Of a stretch of 54,020 nucleotides of DNA, positions 9,291-19,018 are shown in pieces. A program made the position numbers and the translations under genes. This DNA is from an uncultured Ignavibacteriaceae bacterium (GTDB taxonomy: Bacteria; Bacteroidota; Ignavibacteria; UBA10030), in assembly GCA_964614245.1 (NCBI GenBank), contig CAZTKU010000001.1, positions 1 through 54,020 on the forward strand. Reading direction: 5' to 3'. The notes under the pieces were generated by a model. That model had not been told where the DNA came from. It searched no databases and saw only the letters and a list, made by a program, of their open reading frames with translations. The first letter of the stretch is position 1. The number at the start of each line of letters is the position of its first letter.

Positions 9291-9434
9291 CCGGCCCGGT
9301 CTCTTTCTGCACCGGTCACTCTCCGGCAAGCTCATCAGACCCAGCACCGAGGTCGCACTGTCTCACGTTTCTCTTCATCTTACCCAACATTTCAAAATAT
9401 TTTCTACATTGAGCTTGAAAGAGGCCCCCGCCGC

Positions 9435-12400
9435 ATGTCCACAATCCTAGTCAAGGATACCGACCTCAAGCTTCCGGATTTCACCCTCATCTCGGCGTCA
9501 GCCGGATCGGGAAAGACCCGCACCCTCACCCACCGGTACTTGCAGTTGATGCTTTCCGGTCTCATTCCGCACACAAACCTCAAGAACCTCCTCGCCATCA
9601 CCTTCACCAACAACGCTGCTATCGAGATGAAGCAGCGGATCATCGAGTACTTGAAGAAGGCAACGTTCGGTGACAGTGAGACGCTGCGGGAGTTGGACCA
9701 ACATATCTCCCTGAAGCACGACAAGCTTCGAGCGCGAGCCGAAACCCTTCTGGATGAAATCCTCGATTCTTATTCCGACTTCCAGGTCCAGACGATTGAT
9801 AGCTTTCTCACGAGGGTGATGAGGGTGTCCGCCGTTGATTTGCAGTTACCCTCGCAGTTTGAGGTTATCCTCGACAGCAATGCTCTCCTCGATGAAGCGT
9901 TCGTCCTGTTTGCGGAACAGCTTGTCAGCGACCGGCAGAAGCGAGAATTGATGGGAGCGTTGGTTGACCTTGTGAACGATAACCAGGGGGGAGACCGGAA
10001 GTTTATTTGGAACCCGTATGATGCTATCGCGAGCGAGGTAAAAAGTCTCTACAAACGTCTTAGCTCGCACATTGGCCAACCCGCTCTTGACGGTCTCTCT
10101 GCTGATCTCTCGAGCCTTGAACGCCAGATTATCGAAGTAATCGATGCAATCGGTGGGATTGCAGACGCGGCCGGGTTCGCCGCCAGTGCCAACTACCGTA
10201 AGATCATCGAGGCTGCGCGGGCGGGCAATGTCTCCTTCGTGCTCGACAAGAAGCTCGATCAAAAGGTCCTCAACAAATCCACCGACCCGCGCTACAACGC
10301 AACCCTCAAGCGCGTTGAGAGCTTGCAACGAGATCTCCTGGCCGTGCTTTCACGATACTTTGTCGCTCGAGCGGAACAGTATTACCGGCCCTATGTGCAG
10401 GCATATTTGCTCCTGCTGGACACGATCGAGGCGGTCAAGCGGCAGAGAAACCAAATCGACCTCGGCGATGCGAGCAAGCGGCTCGCTGCGTCGCTCCGCG
10501 GGGAACAGGTACCAGAGATCTATTTCGCGCTGGGGGAACGCATTCACCACTACTTAATCGATGAGTTTCAGGACACAAACCCCATACAGTGGATCACGCT
10601 TCGGCCTCTCATTGAAGAATCACTGGGGCAAGAGGGGAGCCTCTTCCTGGTAGGCGACACCAAGCAAGCGATTTATACCTTCCGCGGCGGCGACTGGCAG
10701 ATCATGGCCCGCATGCTCAGAGACGAGGAGTTTGCTTCCGCCGGGTGCAATCGCCGGACACTTCCTTCCAATTATCGCAGCTCCGAGGTAATTGTGAGGT
10801 TCGCCAGGAAGGTATTTCACGAAATCGTTCCAGCAGAAGTTGGGGACGAGATTGCAGACCTGAGTGGATTGGCCTCGTTTCAGCAGGACGTACCCGGAAA
10901 AGCAAGAGGCAGAGGTTATGTTGAGGTCGTCTCGTTTGATCCGCTTGAGACAAAGACCGATGATCCACCTGAGAAGAAACGCCTGTTGGAGATAATCGGG
11001 GAATGTCTGAGCCGCGGCTATCGGTATCGGGATATCGCGATCCTCACACCGAAAAACAAAGATGTCGTGAAGGTGAGCGGATGGCTCAACACGCGGGGGA
11101 TCCGGTTCCTTTCTCACAGCAGCCTTGACATTCGCACGCGCAGGATCACCGGTGAGCTCTTCGCCCTTTTGAAGTTCCTCGACTCTCCTGTTGATGATCT
11201 CTCATTTGCTACAGTGTTGATGAGTGGGCTGTTCACCTCTACAACGCGCGAGCCCATTGCCGAAGAGATGCGGCAATACCTGTTCCAGCAACGCCAGTCG
11301 AAGGATCGTTCACGGGCCCTCTATACCTCGTTCCGCGAACTATACCCTGACCTCTGGGAACAATCGTTTGAACACCTCTTCAACGTTGTCGGCTACCTGC
11401 CGGTGTACGATGTTGTGGCTGAGGCATATAAGGCGTTCTCCGTTTTCAGCAGGCACCCGGAAGAAGAGGCCACGCTTGTGAAGCTGCTGGAAGTCATTCG
11501 CGAGTTCGAGTCGAAAGGGAACAACAACCTGAAGGACTTCCTCCGCTTCGCGGAAACCGACTCTGAAGATGACTCGTGGAACATCGCCGTCGGGCCAGGT
11601 CAAGACGCGATAACCGTGATGACAGTCCACAAAGCCAAGGGCCTTGGCTATCCCGTGGTAATTCTCCTGTTCTATGACGGTCCCGCACAGCCCAACAATC
11701 TCTTCATTGAAGAGCGCGAGGGTGCCCTCCACCTTCTGCGGATCACGGCCGATTGGGCAAAAGCAGATGACCACCTTGGCGCGGTTTACGGTGCCGGCAA
11801 GGCTCTTCGGCGAGTCGATGAGCTCAACAAGCTGTACGTCGCCCTCACCCGTGCAGAAAGTGAAATGTATCTCCTCTCGGTAAAAGCGAACAGGGTCTCA
11901 TACCCTTCAAAGTTTTTCCCGCCCGGCGGCTTCTCTGATGGTGTGCGGAGTCCCATCGAGCGGGAGCAACCCGAGAAGGAGCTCGTCGCTCCTATCATCC
12001 ACCCCCCAACGCGAGGTCTTCAACAGTCTGTCGGTCCCGGACGCATCGGTCTCGAGGAAACAAAGCGCGGTGAGTTCATTCACTCGATTTTGTCCCGAAT
12101 CGGTTATCTCGGCAAGGATCCGGCGGGACAGATCGACGAGGCCGTTCAGTTCTTCAAACTTAATGTTCGGGATAGCTTTGACCTTCCCTCAATCAAGCAA
12201 AGAACCCTTGCTCTGCTCCATAATCCCGAAATCACGGGATACTTCCTTGAACGAACCGACCGGGTTGTCAGAATGGAACAGGAGATCGTCGCGGCGGACG
12301 GAACATTACAGCGCCTCGATCGGCTCGTTGTCGATTTGGGTGGGGTCGCGGTCATCGACTACAAAACCGGCGGCGAGTCAAACGAGCATCACACCCAAGT

Positions 12401-12500
12401 TCAGCGTTATATGAAACTTGCGGCAGAATTGTACACAGCCCGGCCGGTGCAGGGATTCCTGGCCTACGTCGATTTGAATATTGTCCGGAGGGTGACGTGA
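9435..12500 (+). CDS. addA: AddA/RexA-like UvrD-family helicase with C-terminal PD-(D/E)XK (RecB-type) nuclease
   Basis: Walker A SASAGSGKT. Also DEFQDT, LVGDTKQAIYTFRGGD, VMTVHKAKGL and YVALTRAE. Nuclease motifs RLDRLVVD...VIDYKTG and QVQRYMKLA. Confidence 0.8.
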   Translation: MSTILVKDTDLKLPDFTLISASAGSGKTRTLTHRYLQLMLSGLIPHTNLKNLLAITFTNNAAIEMKQRIIEYLKKATFGDSETLRELDQHISLKHDKLRARAETLLDEILDSYSDFQVQTIDSFLTRVMRVSAVDLQLPSQFEVILDSNALLDEAFVLFAEQLVSDRQKRELMGALVDLVNDNQGGDRKFIWNPYDAIASEVKSLYKRLSSHIGQPALDGLSADLSSLERQIIEVIDAIGGIADAAGFAASANYRKIIEAARAGNVSFVLDKKLDQKVLNKSTDPRYNATLKRVESLQRDLLAVLSRYFVARAEQYYRPYVQAYLLLLDTIEAVKRQRNQIDLGDASKRLAASLRGEQVPEIYFALGERIHHYLIDEFQDTNPIQWITLRPLIEESLGQEGSLFLVGDTKQAIYTFRGGDWQIMARMLRDEEFASAGCNRRTLPSNYRSSEVIVRFARKVFHEIVPAEVGDEIADLSGLASFQQDVPGKARGRGYVEVVSFDPLETKTDDPPEKKRLLEIIGECLSRGYRYRDIAILTPKNKDVVKVSGWLNTRGIRFLSHSSLDIRTRRITGELFALLKFLDSPVDDLSFATVLMSGLFTSTTREPIAEEMRQYLFQQRQSKDRSRALYTSFRELYPDLWEQSFEHLFNVVGYLPVYDVVAEAYKAFSVFSRHPEEEATLVKLLEVIREFESKGNNNLKDFLRFAETDSEDDSWNIAVGPGQDAITVMTVHKAKGLGYPVVILLFYDGPAQPNNLFIEEREGALHLLRITADWAKADDHLGAVYGAGKALRRVDELNKLYVALTRAESEMYLLSVKANRVSYPSKFFPPGGFSDGVRSPIEREQPEKELVAPIIHPPTRGLQQSVGPGRIGLEETKRGEFIHSILSRIGYLGKDPAGQIDEAVQFFKLNVRDSFDLPSIKQRTLALLHNPEITGYFLERTDRVVRMEQEIVAADGTLQRLDRLVVDLGGVAVIDYKTGGESNEHHTQVQRYMKLAAELYTARPVQGFLAYVDLNIVRRVT

Positions 12501-15352
12501 GCCAGGCGAAAATCGTGTCACCCCGGCAGAATCTGATACAGATGGTCGCTGAGTATCTCCGGTCAGCCGGCGGAGATTATTCGAACTCCATTGTTGTCTT
12601 TCCCGGAAAACGGCCCGGGCATTTTTTGCGAAAGCTGCTTGCTGAGCACGCGGGAACGAGCATCATCCCGCCCCGGATCCTCTCTGTCGACCTTTTTGTC
12701 GAGTTCCTTTTGCGAGACCGGCTCGGCATCCATATGAAAGCAATCGAAACGGTCGATGCGATCGCCATCCTTCACTCCGTTCATCTCGAGCTCGACTCAA
12801 AACTCGGCGGCACATCCTACACGTCGCTCGACACATTTCTCCCTCTCGCCACGAAACTGTTCGGCGAGCTTGAGGAGATCGTTCTCGCTGATGTTCCTCC
12901 ACGACGACTGCGCGAAGTAGTTCAGGCCCTGGAATATCCAAAGTTCCATTCGCTTGTAGACTACTACGAGCGCTTCTATAAGGAAATAGAGCAACGCGGT
13001 TCCCTCACGCGAGCAATGATGTACCGCTCTGTTGCGGATAATCTTGAGGCCCTCGATCTGAGCACGTTCGAAAGGATTATCCTAGCCGGGTTCTACGCAT
13101 TTACAAACACTGAGAAGCGAATTGTCTCTAGCCTCCGGAATCTCGACAATGTGGTTCTCCTTTTCCAGAAAGGCGTAGGACTTCAGAAGCAGCTTGAGGT
13201 GCTCGATATCAAGATTGGGGAGAATGAAGAAATAGAGGCTGGGCCTGCAAACCTTTCCACGCTACGCTTCTATCGAGCGCCCGACGAACACGGACAGATC
13301 CTTGCCCTCGCGGCAAAGTTGGAGGAAAGACTTAAATCCGGTGAGCCGATTGACGAGCGATCCGTCGTTGTGCTCCCGTCGGCTGAGGCGCTGTTCCCGG
13401 CCATTCACGCACCCCTTTCTCTCCTTCGCGAAGACCAATACAACATCTCCCTGGGCTACCCGCTTGCGCGCACACCCGTCTTCGGGTTTCTGAACAATCT
13501 TATGGAACTCGTGAGCGGATCCTTTAATGGGAGATTCTCCGCCCACGGATACCTGCAATTCGCCCTGCACCCGTATACCAAGAACATACGGTTTGGCTCA
13601 CGTTCTGACCTGACGCGCATCCTCTTCCACCGGGTCGAGGAGTTTCTTGCGGAGCGCAAAGCTAAACTCCTGCTGACGCTCGACGAGCTGGAACAAGATG
13701 TTAGGCTGTATGATTTCATTCTCAAAGGCTTTGAGGGGCTCGGCGAGCCGATCACAAGGGAACAGCTTCAGCAGCACGTGAAGATGATCCACGACATGAC
13801 GATCCGCGGGTTCCTCTCGTTCTCATCGCTCGGTGATTTTGCTCAGAAGGGCATCGACGTGCTGGGCTTCGTTTTCGACCACAGCACCGCAAGCCTTCAT
13901 CCTTATTTCCGTCCGTACGCACAGCACTTTATTGAAATTCTCGATGGTATCAGGTCGTCCCTCTTAGGTGACAAACGCTTCGTCAGCACTGCTGCTTACT
14001 TCACTTTCTTGCGGCAGTACATCACAACACAGTCTGTCCCCTTCACCGGCACGCCGCTCAAAGGTCTGCAGGTCCTCGGGCTCCTCGAGACACGTAATCT
14101 CAAGTTCGATACACTTTACATGCTCAGCGCGAACGACGACATCGTCCCCTCAAAACCCGAGGAGGATTTACTTCTCCCGCAATCGGTGCGGCAAAAGCTC
14201 GGACTGGACACCAACCGGGACGGGGAACGATTGAGCGAGTACTATTTCACTCTCGCCATTGAAAGCGCTCGCGAGGTGCATCTTTTTTACACGGAGACAA
14301 AAAGTGGGGGGAAAGAGAAAAGTCGCTTCGTGCAAAAGCTGATATGGAACATGGAGCGGCAAGCGCGACGACCTCTGGAGAAAGAACTCGAGCAAAGCAT
14401 CAAGTACTCGGTCAATCTTGCAAATCCGAAGCCCCAGAGCATCTCCAAGACGGGCGCGGTTATTGAGTTCCTCCACCGATGGAACCGGTTCAGCGCCACG
14501 CAACTGGACACCTATCTCGCCTGCCCCCTGAAATTCTACCACAGCGCGGTACTTGGACTCAGAGAAAAGGCCGAAGCAAGCGAGGATGTCGACCAGCGCG
14601 ACATCGGCAGCCTCGTGCACCGCATTCTCAAAGAGTACTTCTCACCGTTTCTCGGCCGGCCAATGAGATCGGGCGATCTCAAGTCATCGCAGCTCGATGC
14701 AGCAATCGACCGATGTCTTGCAGAAGAGTACGGCGCAGACCTACTCGGACCCGCACTGTTCTTGCGCCACCAGATCCAGCTTCAACTGCAGAAGTTCCTC
14801 AAGCAGTATCAGGCGCCAATCACACAGTCAAACGAAGTCGTTATCACCGGTTTGGAGCAGAAGCTCACGGTCGAAAAGGGTGGCATTCAGTTCACCGGCT
14901 CAATTGATCGCATCGAGACGCGAAACGGGAAGCCCTTCATCCTCGACTATAAGACAGGAAAAGATGACGCCTTCATGAACATTCAACCGACGAAGATTGA
15001 CCCGAAAGATCCCGAGTCGTGGCGGGACGGGATTGGCTCGTTTCAGCTTCCGATGTATATGCTCCTGTACGCCGAAGCAAACCAGCAACCGATCGATGAT
15101 GTTGCACCAGCCTTTCTTTTCCTTGGCAGAAATGAGGTCGGTGTGGACATCGAATCACGAATTGGGGGTGACGAGTACACCCCTGCGGATGTTTATCGGA
15201 CCGTTGAGCCGGTGATGTTTGCAATGATCGAAGAGATACTCAATCCCGCGGTACCGTTTAAGCCCACAGACCATCTCGAAGAGGAATGCCCGCGGTGCCC
15301 TTATGGTGCAATCTGCGGAACCCGATGGGCGCGGGGATGGAAAAAAGACTGA
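12497..15352 (+). CDS. addB: AddB/RexB-like PD-(D/E)XK nuclease subunit with Fe-S cluster cysteines
   Basis: GTGA start/stop overlap with addA. Nuclease motif GSIDRIETRNGKPFILDYKTGK plus QLPMYMLLY. Four Cys arranged as C-PLKFY ... CPRCPYGAIC, as in the AddB iron-staple. No intact Walker A (FPGKRPGH). Confidence 0.75.
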   Translation: MSQAKIVSPRQNLIQMVAEYLRSAGGDYSNSIVVFPGKRPGHFLRKLLAEHAGTSIIPPRILSVDLFVEFLLRDRLGIHMKAIETVDAIAILHSVHLELDSKLGGTSYTSLDTFLPLATKLFGELEEIVLADVPPRRLREVVQALEYPKFHSLVDYYERFYKEIEQRGSLTRAMMYRSVADNLEALDLSTFERIILAGFYAFTNTEKRIVSSLRNLDNVVLLFQKGVGLQKQLEVLDIKIGENEEIEAGPANLSTLRFYRAPDEHGQILALAAKLEERLKSGEPIDERSVVVLPSAEALFPAIHAPLSLLREDQYNISLGYPLARTPVFGFLNNLMELVSGSFNGRFSAHGYLQFALHPYTKNIRFGSRSDLTRILFHRVEEFLAERKAKLLLTLDELEQDVRLYDFILKGFEGLGEPITREQLQQHVKMIHDMTIRGFLSFSSLGDFAQKGIDVLGFVFDHSTASLHPYFRPYAQHFIEILDGIRSSLLGDKRFVSTAAYFTFLRQYITTQSVPFTGTPLKGLQVLGLLETRNLKFDTLYMLSANDDIVPSKPEEDLLLPQSVRQKLGLDTNRDGERLSEYYFTLAIESAREVHLFYTETKSGGKEKSRFVQKLIWNMERQARRPLEKELEQSIKYSVNLANPKPQSISKTGAVIEFLHRWNRFSATQLDTYLACPLKFYHSAVLGLREKAEASEDVDQRDIGSLVHRILKEYFSPFLGRPMRSGDLKSSQLDAAIDRCLAEEYGADLLGPALFLRHQIQLQLQKFLKQYQAPITQSNEVVITGLEQKLTVEKGGIQFTGSIDRIETRNGKPFILDYKTGKDDAFMNIQPTKIDPKDPESWRDGIGSFQLPMYMLLYAEANQQPIDDVAPAFLFLGRNEVGVDIESRIGGDEYTPADVYRTVEPVMFAMIEEILNPAVPFKPTDHLEEECPRCPYGAICGTRWARGWKKD

Positions 15353-15492
15353 TGTGCTTGAAAAGGATTATGAACCACGAAGACACAAAGGGCGCCAGGT
15401 AAGATGGTCTAAACCGCTTGTCGATCTTTGGCGGGGAAACTGGAATCACCGACGTTTCGACTGCGCGTCAAGCTTCATTCAAAGGATACACT

Positions 15493-15798
15493 ATGAACAG
15501 AATACTAGCCGGCCTCTGTGGAATTGTTGACATCCCGTGGAAAGAAATCTTCTCACAGATCCTCACTTTCCTGTACTCGATGGCACATTATGTCGGATTG
15601 TTGATCGTTTATCTCCTGGGTCTCATCATCCCAAATGTGAAGACACCGGGAGACCTGGTAGATCCCATTGGGTATCTTGCTCTCCTCACCGCGTTTCTCA
15701 TCCTCGTCCAGGTCGCAAGGAAAATCGCGTGGATTGTTATCATCGTAGGGTGGGCGTTGATTGCAGTCAGGATAGTTCTTGTGATTTTCGGCTACTGA
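15493..15798 (+). CDS. Small hypothetical membrane protein (3 predicted TM helices)
   Basis: The 101-aa hydrophobic ORF starts at the internal ATG (MNRILAGL...). No family recognised. Confidence 0.5.
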   Translation: MNRILAGLCGIVDIPWKEIFSQILTFLYSMAHYVGLLIVYLLGLIIPNVKTPGDLVDPIGYLALLTAFLILVQVARKIAWIVIIVGWALIAVRIVLVIFGY

Positions 15799-16266
15799 TA
15801 CGCTTGCACGGCAGGATCTGGCGCTTTCCATCCCCCGAACCTGTTTCGTGTCAGGCGCCAGCGCCTTCCGTCATCCCGAAATTCATTTGCCACATAATCC
15901 CTCCCCTTTTTCTGTCCACAAAACACTGCGATAATACCACACGCCGAACTTTCTGACCCATCACAATATCCTATCGTATGATACGTTACAATTCTTCCCT
16001 TCCTTGAGCTAAACAGCCTAGAAGCTCGCGTCGGCTGTTCGTATTGATTCTTACCACACACTCCCCTAGCTTGATATCCACGCGCCCTGCCCGCCATCAA
16101 AAATCAAACTGAATACAGGTGGGACGGGACAACGCGCCAAGGGGCAGAGTGTTTCGGTGTGATTTCCTAGCACTGTTGCTGGTGAAACCTCAGTACACGC
16201 AATCCACTCAGCACGATGGAAGGTGGTGCAGTGGTGAATGGTTAATTGGTAACTCGGAGAGCGCTC

Positions 16267-16701
16267 ATGGCCAAAGACTACGACCCGCAAATGCACTCCG
16301 CTGAACATATTCTGAATCAGACCATGGTTCGAATATTCAACCGCGGCCGGTGCTTCACCAGCCACCTGGAGTCCAAGAAGTCCCGACTCTACTTCCACTT
16401 CGACCGTGACCTTACATCACGGGAGGTGCAAGAGATAGAATCGCGCGTGAACCAGATCATCCAGAGCGATCTGCAGGTGAGGGAGGAATTTCTATCCAGA
16501 GAAGAAGCGGGTAAGCAGTTTAACCTTGCCCGTTTGCCTGAGCAGGCGGGGGAAACGGTCAGAATTATCAGGATCGGCGACTATGACGCCTGCCCCTGTA
16601 TCGGAGCGCATGTCAGGCGGACAAAAGACATCGGGACATTTCGGATCACGACGACAGGTTATGAGAATGGAGTCTTGAAGGTGAGGTTTAGACTCTCCTA
16701 G
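16267..16701 (+). CDS. alaX: AlaX-type free-standing alanyl-tRNA editing domain protein (tRNA_SAD)
   Basis: Zinc motifs HSAEH (HxxxH) and CPCIGAH (CxxxH). About 145 aa, the AlaX-S size class. Confidence 0.75.
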   Translation: MAKDYDPQMHSAEHILNQTMVRIFNRGRCFTSHLESKKSRLYFHFDRDLTSREVQEIESRVNQIIQSDLQVREEFLSREEAGKQFNLARLPEQAGETVRIIRIGDYDACPCIGAHVRRTKDIGTFRITTTGYENGVLKVRFRLS

Positions 16702-16878
16702 ACCTTCCGAATGCTCGGGGGAAGCGGGCGATTCTTTCGGAGGGTTCATAAGCGGGGGCCCGGTGTGTAACTCTCCCAACGATGTACAACTCTTTTTCTG
16801 AGCCTTGTAAAAGACCCATCTCTATCCTATCTTGAAAAGCACGTCGATTCCCCGCACCTTTCACAGGAGTCCAGGACC

Positions 16879-18093
16879 ATGAACATCTCCAGAAAACACT
16901 TCCTCCGCGCGCTCGGTCTCGGCACAATCTTCGGCGGTCTGTCAGAAACCAGTCCTCTTCGCTCAGAGACATTGCACCAGGCGCGAACGGCTGTCAAAGG
17001 AATGAAAGTGAAAGAAATAGAGATCTTCCATTATGACCTCCCTTTGATCGAGCCCTTCACTATTTCCATCGGTACAATGTACGCAGCCAACGACGTGCTT
17101 GTAAGAATCCACACGGATTCAGGAATCGTCGGACTCGGTGAGGCATGTCCCTTCACGCCCATTACAGGTGATACGCAGGAGACGAGCATTGCAGCGGCCA
17201 GGGACATCCGCACGCTCGTGCTCGGCAAGGATCCGCTGGCAATCGAGAGCATCATCAAAGACTTCGGCGCGTTCGTTCATACGAGTCCAAACACGGTCGC
17301 CGCATTCGACATGGCACTCTATGATATCCTCGGCAAGGTCGCGTCGCTTCCTGTCTACAAGTTGCTTGGAGGAGACAGGCCGTCGTTCGAGACGGATATC
17401 ACCGTGGGTCTGGACACGACCGAGAAGATGATCGGCTGGGCGAAGGAGCATGCTTCCCGGGGGTACAAGACGATCAAGATCAAGGTTGGCACGAATCCGG
17501 ACGTTGACGTGGAGCGACTTCAGGCGATCCGCGAAGGGATCGGACCTAAGGTCAACATCAGGATTGACGCAAACCAGGGGTGGACAGTGCCGCAGGCGAT
17601 CTACGCCTTGAAGCGGATGGAGCCCTTCCGCATCCAGTTCGTCGAGCAGCCGGTGGTCCGAACAGACCTTGCCGGTATGAAGCGCGTGCGCGAGGAAAGC
17701 CCCATTCCCGTCATGGCTGACGAATCGCTCTTCCTCCCTGCCGACGCAATCCAACTGATCCGCGCCGATGCGTGCGACTATTTCAACATCAAACTGACGA
17801 AGTCGGGCGGAATGCTTAACGCTATCAAGATCGCGCACATCGCCGAGGCTGCCAACATTCGCTGCATGATGGGATGCATGTTGGACAGCCGCCTCGCACT
17901 GACGGCGGCCGCTCACGTCGTTGCGTCCAACAGCAACATCATCTTCGCCGATCTTGACGGGAATGCCGAGCATACCGTTGACCCGGTTATCGGCGGGATG
18001 ACAGTGAAGGAAGGTATGATTACGCTCCCCGAAGGTCCTGGGCTTGGCCTCGATATCGATCCGGTCTTCTTGAGAAAGCAAAAGAAAGTGTAA
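16879..18093 (+). CDS. Enolase-superfamily dipeptide epimerase (L-Ala-D/L-Glu epimerase-like) with N-terminal Tat-like extension
   Basis: Catalytic KxK (KTIKIKVG), second Lys (NIKLTKSGG) and metal ligands IRIDANQ / FVEQP / MADES. The first 41 aa (MNISRKHFLRALGLGTIFGG...) look like a twin-arginine-type signal. The canonical enzyme start would be MKVKEIEIF at 17002. Confidence 0.8.
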   Translation: MNISRKHFLRALGLGTIFGGLSETSPLRSETLHQARTAVKGMKVKEIEIFHYDLPLIEPFTISIGTMYAANDVLVRIHTDSGIVGLGEACPFTPITGDTQETSIAAARDIRTLVLGKDPLAIESIIKDFGAFVHTSPNTVAAFDMALYDILGKVASLPVYKLLGGDRPSFETDITVGLDTTEKMIGWAKEHASRGYKTIKIKVGTNPDVDVERLQAIREGIGPKVNIRIDANQGWTVPQAIYALKRMEPFRIQFVEQPVVRTDLAGMKRVREESPIPVMADESLFLPADAIQLIRADACDYFNIKLTKSGGMLNAIKIAHIAEAANIRCMMGCMLDSRLALTAAAHVVASNSNIIFADLDGNAEHTVDPVIGGMTVKEGMITLPEGPGLGLDIDPVFLRKQKKV

Positions 18094-18340
18094 CAACCTG
18101 GTAGGTCATATCGCTCAACCTGAAGAGACGGCGCTGGCAGGTATTACACTTCGTCATTTTTTGCCCTTTCATTCAGAAGAAATCACCCCTGTTACCGGTC
18201 GCCTCTCTCGAATCGTCTCTTCGCTCGCTTCCATTCATGCTCTCATTCTGTCTCGCACTTAATTTATGTCTCCACGCTCTTTGCTCAGGGCATCATTCAT
18301 CCGCGATAGGAAGCCGGGCAACAACGTCGCGAACGAGAGT

Positions 18341-18538
18341 GAAGAAGCTGTCAAGCAGTTCAACCTGAGCCGCCTGCCTGAGCAAGCAGGAGAGACGGTT
18401 AGGATCATTAGAATCGGCAATTACGATGCTTGCCCTTGCATCGGCAAATACGTCGGGAGGATGAAGGAGATCGGAGTCCTCCAGGAATGCCCAACATGGT
18501 ACGAGGGGAGGGTGATGGTGCAGTTTAAGCTCCTTGAT
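18341..18538 (+). pseudogene. Truncated, diverged duplicate of the alaX 3' end
   Basis: EEAVKQFNLSRLPEQAGETVRIIRIGNYDACPCIGKYVGRMKEIG matches alaX residues EEAGKQ...CPCIGAHVRRTKDIG at 37 of 45 positions (hand count). The N-terminal HxxxH half is absent and the CxxxH His is replaced by Tyr. Confidence 0.7.
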
Positions 18539-18600
18539 GGCCCTCCGCGGTGCTTCTTCTGTTGGAAACGTGCATGAGTGCGGTTACAGGATTTGCGTCC

Positions 18601-18629
18601 TTGAAGGATTAGAATGATTTCTTTATATT
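18601..18629 (+). promoter_or_regulatory. Sigma70-like promoter upstream of the tRNA-Gly locus
   Basis: TTGAAG (18601-18606), 17-nt spacer, TATATT (18624-18629). Confidence 0.45.
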
Positions 18630-18644
18630 TGGCGGCAGGTTAAC

Positions 18645-18788
18645 GCGGGCGTAATTCAGTGGTAGCCCGCCACAAGGCACGGCGGGTAAAAATGCCAGTC
18701 CCAAAATGGCTGACGAACGAAGTGAGTCGGTGCCATTTTGAGAATCCCGACGCTGTCTGTCGGGACCAAGCTAGCACGAGGTGTAAAC
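18645..18788 (+). other. tRNA-Gly-derived structured leader / decayed tRNA copies
   Basis: The first 21 nt are identical to the 5' end of the downstream tRNA. There are three perfect hairpins (18666-18686, 18703-18739, 18746-18764). No T arm or 3' acceptor strand, so it is not a functional tRNA. Confidence 0.5.
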
Positions 18789-18860
<72 letters not shown>

Positions 18861-19018
18861 CTGAAGTAAACAACCGGCTCACCTACTTTGGGGGATGGGC
18901 CGTCGTCTTATGTCGTGTCCCTTCACTATCCAAAGGTCTGACACGCGTTGCCGATTCAAGCTTTTCAAACCATCGCTCCATTCACAATTATTCTTCAACC
19001 ATTAATGAGGAGAATGCC

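Noticed and set aside
15851-15895. 14-codon minus-strand ORF (MWQMNFGMTEGAGA) with a strong GGGGAGGG Shine-Dalgarno
   Set aside because: No downstream minus-strand gene exists for it to regulate, and it is too short to evaluate. The purine run is just the complement of the pyrimidine-rich spacer.
16190-16240. GGAA-tetraloop segment (CAGCACGATGGAAGGTGGTGCAG) reminiscent of SRP RNA domain IV
   Set aside because: Hand pairing does not reproduce the conserved symmetric and asymmetric loops, and there are too many mismatches.
17119-18096. 325-aa minus-strand ORF
   Set aside because: It is antisense to the dipeptide epimerase, whose catalytic motifs are all present on the plus strand. Shadow ORF.
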